From an uncultured virus (IMG/VR IMGVR_UViG_3300025018_001528) (Duplodnaviria; Heunggongvirae; Uroviricota; Caudoviricetes), in the IMG/VR virus record IMGVR_UViG_3300025018_001528: DNA of 64,000 nucleotides; one strand, 5' to 3'. The translations under genes and the position numbers were made by a program. Positions 55,643-64,000 of this stretch are shown piece after piece. The notes beneath the pieces are model-generated. The model was not told where the DNA came from. It made no database searches and was given only the letters and a program-made list of their open reading frames with translations. Positions within the stretch are counted from its first letter, which is position 1. Each line of letters starts with the position of its first letter.

Positions 55643-55720
55643 TGGTGCCTCCAGGTGGAATTGAACCAACCAACCTTTCGCTTATAAGGCGAATGCTCTA
55701 CCCAATTGAGCTATGGAGGC
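55643..55720 (-). tRNA. tRNA-Ile(TAT)
   Basis: GCCTCCA...TTCGC-CTTATAA-GCGAA...GGTTCAATTCC...TGGAGGC ACCA. Confidence 0.88.
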
Positions 55721-55729
55721 TATTAATAG

Positions 55730-56542
55730 TTAATCCAGGAAACCCTGGGCACTGCGTCCCATATTCCCGGATTCACGGGACAGGTGCACTTCATGCCAGC
55801 CCTGCAGATGAATGGTCTTGTGGTCCTTGTGGGACACCCTCCCGGTCACGAAGACTTGCGCATTCTGGGTCCTGACCTGAAAATTGGTATTGCCGTTGAG
55901 GGTAACGTACGCATCACGCTGACCCTGAGTATAGATCTTGCCACGCAATAAATACACCTGCTGACCGCCCATTCGTACCAGCTTCTCCACGATATGCGGA
56001 GTGGACCCAGCGCTCCTCTGAATGGGTTCGTTCTTATAAATGTGCTGGGTCTTGTCTGGCTCGAACTGCACCGGCACGAAGAACCACTCACCCTGACGGA
56101 TGAATCCCTTGTTCCTCCGCTTGTCCAGAGCCTTACCACCAACCCCGGCCCTCTCCTGAGAAAGCCGCGCAGCCTCAGGCTTTAGGAGCTTGAATGCATC
56201 CTTGATGTTACGCGCTTTTTCGGGCACACCCGCCACGAACCAATGGCGCTCGTCGTGACCCAGAAGGAGTTTCTCCTTTTGCTCCTTTCCCTTTTCATCC
56301 TTGGTCACCACTAGGATCAGCGCTTGCGCGAGATCCGGATTCACCCCGACAATCCGCACATCCGCATCCTCGGACTCTTCGTTTACCGAGAGCGTGAAAA
56401 ACTCCCCCTGCCGATCGGTCCCCACGTTGAACCGCAAGAGGTTTCGGCTTCCCCTTCTGTTCACCACCTTGAGTCTTGCGCCGATTTTCTGCAGTGCCTT
56501 GGTCAGGGTTTCGAGCCACGTCCACACTACAACCTTCGCCAT
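55730..56542 (-). CDS. phage protein of unknown function (RQGEWFFVP motif), GC-rich
   Basis: LLGHDERHWFVA, RQGEWFFVP, VSHKDHKTI.L.GWH; AGGGAGG RBS. Confidence 0.7.
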   Translation of the reverse strand: MAKVVVWTWLETLTKALQKIGARLKVVNRRGSRNLLRFNVGTDRQGEFFTLSVNEESEDADVRIVGVNPDLAQALILVVTKDEKGKEQKEKLLLGHDERHWFVAGVPEKARNIKDAFKLLKPEAARLSQERAGVGGKALDKRRNKGFIRQGEWFFVPVQFEPDKTQHIYKNEPIQRSAGSTPHIVEKLVRMGGQQVYLLRGKIYTQGQRDAYVTLNGNTNFQVRTQNAQVFVTGRVSHKDHKTIHLQGWHEVHLSRESGNMGRSAQGFLD

Positions 56543-56960
56543 GCCGACCTCCCTTGGCCTTCTGGCCAACTTCTTTCCTACCAGAAATTGCCTTTGATAG
56601 GTCAAACTCAACCCAAATCGCTCCATCCTTAAACTTGGCACTTACATTTGTTGCGCCAATAGCCTCTGCACTAGATTTTAACCCAATGAGGGTCTCTTGC
56701 ACAAGTTTCTTCTTTTCCTCCAACAACTTGGCAGGTGATTTGTGTACCCCTTTTGACTTGGTCATAATGCTGCCGATATTACTGCGGCCATTGTCATTTT
56801 ATTATGTTGTTCATCAAATTCAATCCGTCTTTTGATACAGTTATCACACCCACAATTATGACAATATTCTTTGGGCGTATTTTTTTGTAAACGATCTAGA
56901 ATCTTTTTTTCCAAAAATCCCATATCGTCAGGCATCTTACTCCTCCTTGACATCTGTTGA

Positions 56961-57341
56961 TCATTTCTTCTGTCTTTCCATCCCAATAAGTATTTTTCCA
57001 ACCCTCGCAGAGAGAGCCTGTTGATACTCATTATTCATACTCCATAAAACGTCAACGAGCTTGTCTTTTGGACCAAGAAACGATTTCAGCACATCACCTC
57101 TTTTCGGAGTTGAATCTATCCTAGCCAACGTGTGTGATACGCCATTCTGGGCGGCATGAACCATCCCAATTGCTCTCTTAATAGATAGATACCCACCAAT
57201 TGCCTTGTCAGGGGGATCCTTGGGCGACCGATAGGCGAATCCAAACGCTACTCGCCCATCGTCCAGTTTCATTCCTGTAATCGTTACATCAATAATATTA
57301 AACTGGTCACGCAGGTATTGTACAGGCGGTATGGGAATCAT
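56961..57341 (-). CDS. hypothetical protein with G.A..SP.D...K..G...A motif
   Basis: FGFAYRSPKDPPDKAIGGYLSIKRA. Confidence 0.55.
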   Translation of the reverse strand: MIPIPPVQYLRDQFNIIDVTITGMKLDDGRVAFGFAYRSPKDPPDKAIGGYLSIKRAIGMVHAAQNGVSHTLARIDSTPKRGDVLKSFLGPKDKLVDVLWSMNNEYQQALSARVGKILIGMERQKK

Positions 57342-57435
57342 ACTTTCTCCTCACTAGAGAAATATTTTCTTGAAAAGATATATAGCACATGGTACCCCAA
57401 TTAACAACCGAAGCACAAGCTCATAGTCATCCACC

Positions 57436-58344
57436 TTATTTCTTTATCTCACTTATCCTGACAAACCCAGCAAACTTAGGATGCTTTTTCAAATTCTTGA
57501 TCTCTTCGTGCAACTGACTATTCGTGTGTTCTAATACAACAACCCGATCCTTCAATTTTCCGGCATTCTTTTCTGCAGCAACTTTCTCAGCTTCCTTTAA
57601 TGCAATCAAGGCAGGATACTCACGATTAATCTTGTTTTCCATCCGCTTAATCACCGCGATATATTCGTCCTTAGAGGTGATTAGTCCTTGGATATCAGTG
57701 ACAAAGTTGATGAGACTGTAGTTGTCAAGCGGTGACACATGATGCTTCGCCCTGTATGTAGCCATTTGTTCCGGGGTACTTGGAGCCAGTTTCGGCATTT
57801 GTAACATTGGTACTGGTACGACCACTGGAAATTTGTCTTTTTTGCTGGGGACTTTCCCCATTGCTTCCTGTACCGTTTTGTAAAATTCACCTTGGATCGG
57901 GTCTTTAACAAACCATGATAATCTATATACCTCGGGACAACCATTCTTAATAATGGCTGCCTTCTTAATATTCCCACCCTTCAATTTCATAATATTTTCA
58001 ATCACCTTCTCAACCTGGGCTATGATATCATCAGCCAAAACAGGTAGCACGACCCCGTATGGCCCCCATTCAGGCTTATCTTTTACTATTTGTACTGCCG
58101 CTGCACGATCAACTCGTGAGACAAATAAAGGTTGTGTTATGAATACTTCTAACCCACGATGCCCACCACGGGTTAATTTTGCCCCGCTTGGAAATGGACA
58201 ACCATTTACCACCTTAACCATAGTACCGGGTGGTATATTCATTATGTGCCCCAACAACTGGACTGGTATTTTACATTGTGGCATAGAAACCACAAATAAC
58301 TGAACCATCAGATCATACAAAGGTATGATTTCTTTGGCTGCCAT
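57436..58344 (-). CDS. hypothetical protein with C-terminal coiled coil
   Basis: 302-aa ORF with GAGG RBS. Confidence 0.65.
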   Translation of the reverse strand: MAAKEIIPLYDLMVQLFVVSMPQCKIPVQLLGHIMNIPPGTMVKVVNGCPFPSGAKLTRGGHRGLEVFITQPLFVSRVDRAAAVQIVKDKPEWGPYGVVLPVLADDIIAQVEKVIENIMKLKGGNIKKAAIIKNGCPEVYRLSWFVKDPIQGEFYKTVQEAMGKVPSKKDKFPVVVPVPMLQMPKLAPSTPEQMATYRAKHHVSPLDNYSLINFVTDIQGLITSKDEYIAVIKRMENKINREYPALIALKEAEKVAAEKNAGKLKDRVVVLEHTNSQLHEEIKNLKKHPKFAGFVRISEIKK

Positions 58345-58959
58345 TACCGCATTACCTCCTCACTATTTTTAATCATGAACTGTTTTTTCCTTGCTTCTTT
58401 GATGTTCCACAGTGCAACCGTAATCGTCCTACGCACATCCCCTTCTGGCCATTTTCTGATATTCTTGGATCGTTCCTTACCAATCATATCCCTAAATGCA
58501 AATTCTAAAACGGTTTTGGCCATGTGCGCTGTCCTCCATTTATTGTTGAGGGTTGCCACAATTACAACATTATGGACGCAATTTTATGTCATATACGAAT
58601 GTCTTATGAATAACACCTCCTAACTTAATAGCATCATCGAATTTTGTTGAATATAGATGCTCTGCAATTTTGAATCCACTAGCAGCACCAAGCATAAAGA
58701 CAATCAACCACCAAAATCCAACCTTCTGTATTTTGGTCCACACATTATGAGCTTGTATCTGTATATCTTCCCCGCTAATTGACTTCATTTGATCCCTCTC
58801 TCTTATCTTTATAATATTTTGGACAATTCATGTACCCCAACGGGATATCCAATTTGCATTCCGCTTCGTAACTGGGATCATCCTCCGCCATTACATCTAC
58901 ATACAAATTTCTGCATGTGTCACACGGTTTAGGGGTATTCATTTACCTCATCCTCCTTG

Positions 58960-59454
58960 TCAAAGTAACCTCTTATACAAAGCAAAAGTTTCTGTTGCAT
59001 ATGCTCTTGCTGCTTCGTTATTCCCGCCTTTATATAAGGCAAGTGCAAGCTTTAAATCGCCTCTACTATACCGCAACTTCTCACGCAAAATCTCAGCACC
59101 ATGCAATGTGTCCACACTAGCCCACTTAAACGTAGCCCATGGTGTTTGCATTAATCCCTTATATCCCTTATTCGATACTGCTTTATAATTAAATTCGGAT
59201 TCTGTTTTCATTAATGCCACAATTAATTCCGGAGAAAGATCAGTCATGGCTGATGCGTTTGTCACTGCTTTACTTAGGTCATTTATTTTACCTGGTGGCG
59301 CTTTGACCTTATATAAAGCAAGTTGCGCTCTATTAATCGCTGCTACTCGTGTCACTGGTTGTGGGATTGAGGTCATAAATCCATAGATAGACCAACTAAG
59401 ACATACAGTACTAATTAATAATATAACTGATCTTAGAATTGGTCTGGTAGACAT
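58960..59454 (-). CDS. lytic transglycosylase (SLT domain) with N-terminal membrane anchor
   Basis: ALMKTESEFN, GYKGLMQ, LALALYKGG. Confidence 0.85.
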   Translation of the reverse strand: MSTRPILRSVILLISTVCLSWSIYGFMTSIPQPVTRVAAINRAQLALYKVKAPPGKINDLSKAVTNASAMTDLSPELIVALMKTESEFNYKAVSNKGYKGLMQTPWATFKWASVDTLHGAEILREKLRYSRGDLKLALALYKGGNNEAARAYATETFALYKRLL

Positions 59455-60125
59455 GCTACCTCCTTTGTTATATTATCCCCCTATTCTATTAATATCTACC
59501 ACAGATACCCTGGTGATTTTAAAACTTTGTGTAATTATTTTTTGTTTTAACAACATCTCTTCTATATGGAATATTAATAGTGCGGCCTCATCCTCCATTG
59601 TACCCTCAGTATCAACCTCTATGGCTACCTGCCACATCTCCGTGGGGTTCAAATTTGGCATTTATGGTCGTCCTCTGTTATCTTGCGGCATATTTTACAT
59701 ATTATATATCCGCTATTTTCAAAGATATTATCAATTTCGTTTTGGGTAATTGGCAGATCAAGTACTTTTTTCATACCTAATCCTTCTTCGTACATCTTGG
59801 TAGCTGCACCTTCCATCCATCGATGCAGAAACTCATGCATTTCCATAAATCGTGTAGATTCTGGCAAATATAAAATCTCATTCAACACTTCCTCCCACAC
59901 AAATTCCATCACATACCCCCCTAGAGTGATTTATCTACTATTATATATACCATCGTATTACTTTCATAAATGTGTTTATCACATTTTTTAATAATTGGGC
60001 ACGTAATAATATGCATCCCAGTATAATATGTTTCTGTTTCGTCTCTTAATACTGTTCCATAAATACACTGGTTTCTATTGGTTTGAAACTTACTGAATTG
60101 CGCATTAGTTAAATATAACTTATAC

Positions 60126-60833
60126 TTAGGCTGCATCTTGAATGGTGGGTCCAAAATATTCCACCTCTTTTGTGGCCGTATTAAAACATTCAAACTTCTC
60201 GTCATCACATCCAAGAGCCCAATGGTTTGACAATACTTGGGTTACTCCGTTAGATGTTTTAGAATGACCAAATACCTGTGGGACACCATAAAATTCTTCA
60301 TCTCGATAATCTGCCCAAAATATCCCCCCATATCCATTAGAACCACCACGAGATTTTGGTATATAAAATATTCTACTCTGTTGTGGGTAATGGTGTCTTC
60401 TATTCTTTAAAAAAAAATCCCATTCAGAATTGATTATATCTAAAATATTGGTAACGTTTGTTGTTTTAAATAGGCTATTCCCCAACCCATTAGAAATCCC
60501 ACCATGGATAATAACAAACCCATCCTCTACAAAAGCTGGCACAAATCGTTCGATGAACGATTCAAAAATCTGATTAAGTGATTTGGCCGTGTGTTGTCTA
60601 TATCCTGAACATCTAAATGGCGATCCATCCAGATAATGAATATCGTGATTACCAAGCAATAACTTTGCGTCTGACTCAATTACCAACTTTAATGTTCCGT
60701 AAATAATTGCATCGGGCTGATTAAAGGAATCGACATAATCACCAGCAAAAACGTGTAAAATCTCTGGTTTATATTCTAAAAAGGCTTTGGCCTTATCATA
60801 CCTACCATGAACATCCCCAAGTACTAGTGCCAT
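60126..60833 (-). CDS. calcineurin-like metallophosphoesterase
   Basis: GDVHG, GDYVD, GNHD, HGG, FGHS. Confidence 0.9.
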   Translation of the reverse strand: MALVLGDVHGRYDKAKAFLEYKPEILHVFAGDYVDSFNQPDAIIYGTLKLVIESDAKLLLGNHDIHYLDGSPFRCSGYRQHTAKSLNQIFESFIERFVPAFVEDGFVIIHGGISNGLGNSLFKTTNVTNILDIINSEWDFFLKNRRHHYPQQSRIFYIPKSRGGSNGYGGIFWADYRDEEFYGVPQVFGHSKTSNGVTQVLSNHWALGCDDEKFECFNTATKEVEYFGPTIQDAA

Positions 60834-60855
60834 TATCATCTCCTTTCAATTTAAC

Positions 60856-61020
60856 CGGGAGGGGTGGGGGATGGCAACCCCACCACCCCTCCTTCGACTA
60901 CGCCCTTTCCGTGCACCACAAGCATGCCGCCCATAATTGCACGGCACCCAGTCCAAGCCACGGAGGGTCGCTCATAGGCCGTCTGCTACCTACTTCGAAA
61001 GGAGGCGCTTGGACTGGGGT
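60856..61020 (-). ncRNA. candidate structured RNA
   Basis: GC-rich intergenic segment with three stems (CCCAGTCCAAGC/GCTTGGACTGGG; CCGTGCA/TGCACGG; GGAGGGGTGG/CCACCCCTCC). Confidence 0.45.
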
Positions 61021-61113
61021 TAAAATTAGAAGTACGATAAACCGATATTAACCAACAACATGACTGCTACAAAGGTCAAGTCATACCAAAACAATTCACT
61101 CATTATCTCCTCC

Positions 61114-61848
61114 TTATTTCTTAATATAAACCCTCCAACGATCATGTATATTAAGAAATTGTAAGAAATGCTTATTTATACGCTCAGACTCTTCTTTTAA
61201 GAAAGCAAATGTTATTGGAGGAGGCTCCACCTTATCATCGCCCCAATCATACCAATCATCAAGAGCACCATGAAAATATTTGTCCCCAGTACACCCACCT
61301 CTTCCTTCACCACAATAAAACAATAACTGACCAGTACGCATTACATTTACTACCTCTGTCGCAAAAGATTCATCATATGGGGGCCATGATAAAATTACAC
61401 CATCAAATTTATTGACGTTTTCTTCAATAAATTTAACAGCATCCCCCCTTATAACATTACCCCATGACCGGTAGATTTCATGATACTTATCTTTGTCCGC
61501 GTTTATAGCGTCAACCGCGAGACCTTTTTCTCGCAATGCGTGGGCCAATACACCATGCCCACATCCAGCATCAACCAATGTGGTTACCCCAAGCTTTCTG
61601 CACACATATACAAAATCCTGGATTATTTCGCAGGTTATAATCGCCCACGAAATATTTTTAACATATATAGACCTGAAAGCAATTACAGACAGCATATTTT
61701 TAATATCCCTACTTGTATATGGCGCAAATTCTTTTATGGTTGGGATATATTTTCTTGCTATCCAATCTTCTACTACATTGTTAGCAAGTTCTATATATAC
61801 CCCATATTTATCTCTCTTAGTAGGGTGCGTCGCAGTTTTAGTTTCCAC
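61114..61848 (-). CDS. class I SAM-dependent methyltransferase
   Basis: LVDAGCGHG, GDA, LSWPPY, YCGEGRGGCTG; GTG start overlapping the Ubl stop region. Confidence 0.8.
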   Translation of the reverse strand: METKTATHPTKRDKYGVYIELANNVVEDWIARKYIPTIKEFAPYTSRDIKNMLSVIAFRSIYVKNISWAIITCEIIQDFVYVCRKLGVTTLVDAGCGHGVLAHALREKGLAVDAINADKDKYHEIYRSWGNVIRGDAVKFIEENVNKFDGVILSWPPYDESFATEVVNVMRTGQLLFYCGEGRGGCTGDKYFHGALDDWYDWGDDKVEPPPITFAFLKEESERINKHFLQFLNIHDRWRVYIKK

Positions 61849-62068
61849 GAATCTTGGCCACCGCCAAAACCGTATCCCCGGCCTCGACGTATTCGTTAAC
61901 TTCGGCGCTGTTCCCGTTCTTCTGGATCTCGCAGCTACCCAAATCCTTAATCCCAATCAGACCAAATAACTCGCAGATCTTCTTCTTCCCATCAATTGCC
62001 AGTTCATGCAGCTGACCTGGGATCTTGCCGATGGTAATAATATTCTCACCCTTGTTAGACTCAGTCAT
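61838..62068 (-). CDS. ubiquitin-like (beta-grasp) protein
   Basis: 76 aa, IGKIPG start, KNG...VEAGDTVLAVAKIRGN C-terminus; immediately after E1. Confidence 0.75.
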   Translation of the reverse strand: MTESNKGENIITIGKIPGQLHELAIDGKKKICELFGLIGIKDLGSCEIQKNGNSAEVNEYVEAGDTVLAVAKIRGN

Positions 62069-62082
62069 TGTTCTAATCCTCC

Positions 62083-62784
62083 TTAGAATTTTTTATTGAT
62101 GATTAACATCGGAGACAACGACAAAATTATTTCATTTGGAAATGGTTTGTTGTTAACGAAATTGAGCATAGAGAATACTGCCATCCCAGCGATTGTGTCT
62201 ACTGTAGGAGCAATAGCGCGACGTGTACACACAGATTCTTCAGCCTCCTCGTCTGAATAGAGTGTTTTTTCATACGCCTCCACTTGCGCAGGAATTGTTG
62301 GCTTAACTACGTATATCCTCCCTCCCTCAGCCTCCATCCTGGTTTCAATTAATAGATCAACGGCTAGTTGATATTTCACTGACTTATCCCATATCTGTTT
62401 CCGACTTTTCATAGTATCAGTAAGAACAAAAACGATTCCCTTTAACGGTCCTCCAGTGAATTTTTTGGGGATTGCTTTGATCTTAACACCGGTTGCATCC
62501 AACACCATTTCAGCTATAGCATGGACTTTTTTGGCCCCAATATCCTTAATCCTAAATATTTGATTCGGTAGATTGTAATTCTCTACTCCATCATCATCAT
62601 ACACTGTAATATCCTTACATCCCATTTTGGCAAGGAGCATAGTGATGTATGAGCCCGTAGCACCCGCGCCAATTACAGTAACTGGCGTCTTAAACTTCGT
62701 TGGCGAAAAGATATCTAACTGTCGCCAGAAATCAGGCTCTTGTCCTTTTCCTTCCACCAGCCTTCCCCCTTTGTCCCTTGCCAT
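62083..62784 (-). CDS. E1-like ThiF/MoeB adenylyltransferase
   Basis: RQLD, VIGAGATGS, YDDDGVENYNLPNQ, KKV, LTDTMKSR, candidate catalytic Cys in ESVC. Confidence 0.92.
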   Translation of the reverse strand: MARDKGGRLVEGKGQEPDFWRQLDIFSPTKFKTPVTVIGAGATGSYITMLLAKMGCKDITVYDDDGVENYNLPNQIFRIKDIGAKKVHAIAEMVLDATGVKIKAIPKKFTGGPLKGIVFVLTDTMKSRKQIWDKSVKYQLAVDLLIETRMEAEGGRIYVVKPTIPAQVEAYEKTLYSDEEAEESVCTRRAIAPTVDTIAGMAVFSMLNFVNNKPFPNEIILSLSPMLIINKKF

Positions 62785-63458
62785 ATATACCCTCCTCCAT
62801 GAGTTACCTTCTTTTTAATCTCTTTGGCGATTTCTTTCCTGCGGTTTTCATCATGGCCAACCTTAACATCGATTTGCCATGGGCAATCAACAATCTTCAA
62901 CTTACGTTCGTAATCGAAGAACGTGAAAGAACAGTGCCCTTCTCTGGAAAATATCCCACGGATAAAATATTTATTGTGCGCAAACAGATCCATCTGATTC
63001 TCATCCTGTGCAGATGGTCCAACCCAACTACCAGGATGAACATGTCCCCAGAAGAGAATACGATTCAACATAGCCTTGTTGTTTGGGTTGGCCTTGAGCA
63101 TGTCAATATAAAATTGGCTGACACTGTTCTGATCAATTTCGGTATGTTCATAACTTACTGATTGCTTAAATAAAAATACTTTCTCGATTAAATACCCACC
63201 ATTCTCAGTCTCTTTCACAGACCCAAGCCATGATATTTCTTCAGTACCACTCTCCTGCATGATATAATTCATATCACGAAGGGCCTCTATAGAAATAAGG
63301 ATATTTGGGATTTCATTTGCACCCAGACGTTCCACTTTTGTTTCTGCTACGTGTGGTACCAAGGGCCTGGCCGGAGCAGGTGTGTGTACATACATACCAT
63401 CCCAACCACCCCCATAATCTCCATTTAAATACCCATCATAATATCTACTTTTTGTCAT
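62715..63458 (-). CDS. JAB/MPN (JAMM) metallo-isopeptidase
   Basis: EISWLG (catalytic Glu) ... WGHVHP.....PSAQD (HxH-x7-S-x2-D). Confidence 0.85.
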   Translation of the reverse strand: MTKSRYYDGYLNGDYGGGWDGMYVHTPAPARPLVPHVAETKVERLGANEIPNILISIEALRDMNYIMQESGTEEISWLGSVKETENGGYLIEKVFLFKQSVSYEHTEIDQNSVSQFYIDMLKANPNNKAMLNRILFWGHVHPGSWVGPSAQDENQMDLFAHNKYFIRGIFSREGHCSFTFFDYERKLKIVDCPWQIDVKVGHDENRRKEIAKEIKKKVTHGGGYIWQGTKGEGWWKEKDKSLISGDS

Positions 63459-63993
63459 TTTCCTCTTCTTTCTTAGCCTTTTTTAAAGGCCAATTTGTGA
63501 TCTTTGAACGATGTCCACCATCCTCATTAACTGATTTCAAATATTGGATACACACTGAAATCGCTGCTGCATATTGATACCCTGCAATCATTTGAGGTAA
63601 ACATTCTTGGATATTACCAAGACATGGATCTCCATTTTCATACACATGTGGATGAGCTGTACCATTTAATGACCTGGTCAAATTTTGCATTTTTACAATA
63701 AAATTCCTCGGATTAATTGATAAAACAATTTTAAATTTACCAATATCATACACTTTATTGTGATATTCAATATAAATTGGCCCAGTAAATATAGTAATAT
63801 AATTTTCATCTATTAATAAACCTTCTATGTCTGGATGGGTCATTAATCTATCAAATTCTATACCTTTAATTTCCGCAAACTCTGGTGTATCAATACGGGC
63901 TACCTGGTATTCAGTCCTTGTTTCCTCAAGATCTCTAATATAATTTACCAAATCAATTTGGGCCGCAACAACGTGCTCTTCTTTATCACGCAT
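63445..63993 (-). CDS. prokaryotic E2/UBC-fold protein (may extend past window end)
   Basis: AHPHVYENGDPCLGN active-site motif; frame is open upstream to the window edge. Confidence 0.75.
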   Translation of the reverse strand: MRDKEEHVVAAQIDLVNYIRDLEETRTEYQVARIDTPEFAEIKGIEFDRLMTHPDIEGLLIDENYITIFTGPIYIEYHNKVYDIGKFKIVLSINPRNFIVKMQNLTRSLNGTAHPHVYENGDPCLGNIQECLPQMIAGYQYAAAISVCIQYLKSVNEDGGHRSKITNWPLKKAKKEEENDKK

Positions 63994-64000
63994 TAACCGT

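Noticed and set aside
61838..62784. ThiS/ThiF or MoaD/MoeB cofactor-biosynthesis pair
   Set aside because: No thiamine or molybdopterin genes nearby, and E2 and JAB genes are adjacent; conjugation fits better, though sulfur transfer is not formally excluded.

Overview
64-kb segment of a large, AT-rich dsDNA bacteriophage genome. Essentially all genes lie on the minus strand and no virion structural genes are recognisable. The left part (1-25.6 kb) is a replication and nucleotide-metabolism module: RmlC-like epimerase, intein-split class II RNR, dUTPase, nucleoside deoxyribosyltransferase-like protein, NMP kinase, primase-helicase fusion, SF2 helicase, resolvase, RecA, SSB-like protein, a PurA-family enzyme with the PurZ/PurZ0 Ser signature (possible 2-aminoadenine 'Z' DNA) and a degenerate NAD-ligase-like gene. 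The right part is an accessory region with many ORFans plus radical SAM, deaminase, peptide deformylase, intein-split MoxR/VWA pair, DeoC, adenosine deaminase, SLT and tRNAs (Leu-UAA, Ile-UAU). The most striking element is at the right end: a compact, apparently complete phage-encoded ubiquitin-like conjugation operon (E2-like, JAB/MPN protease, E1/ThiF, Ubl ending in ...RGN), followed by a methyltransferase and a highly structured intergenic RNA candidate. Also notable are a tRNA-Met preceded by two truncated tRNA-Met variants, a CCA-ended long hairpin between two tRNAs, and several decaying HNH endonucleases. All calls come from reading motifs by eye; no database searches were run.
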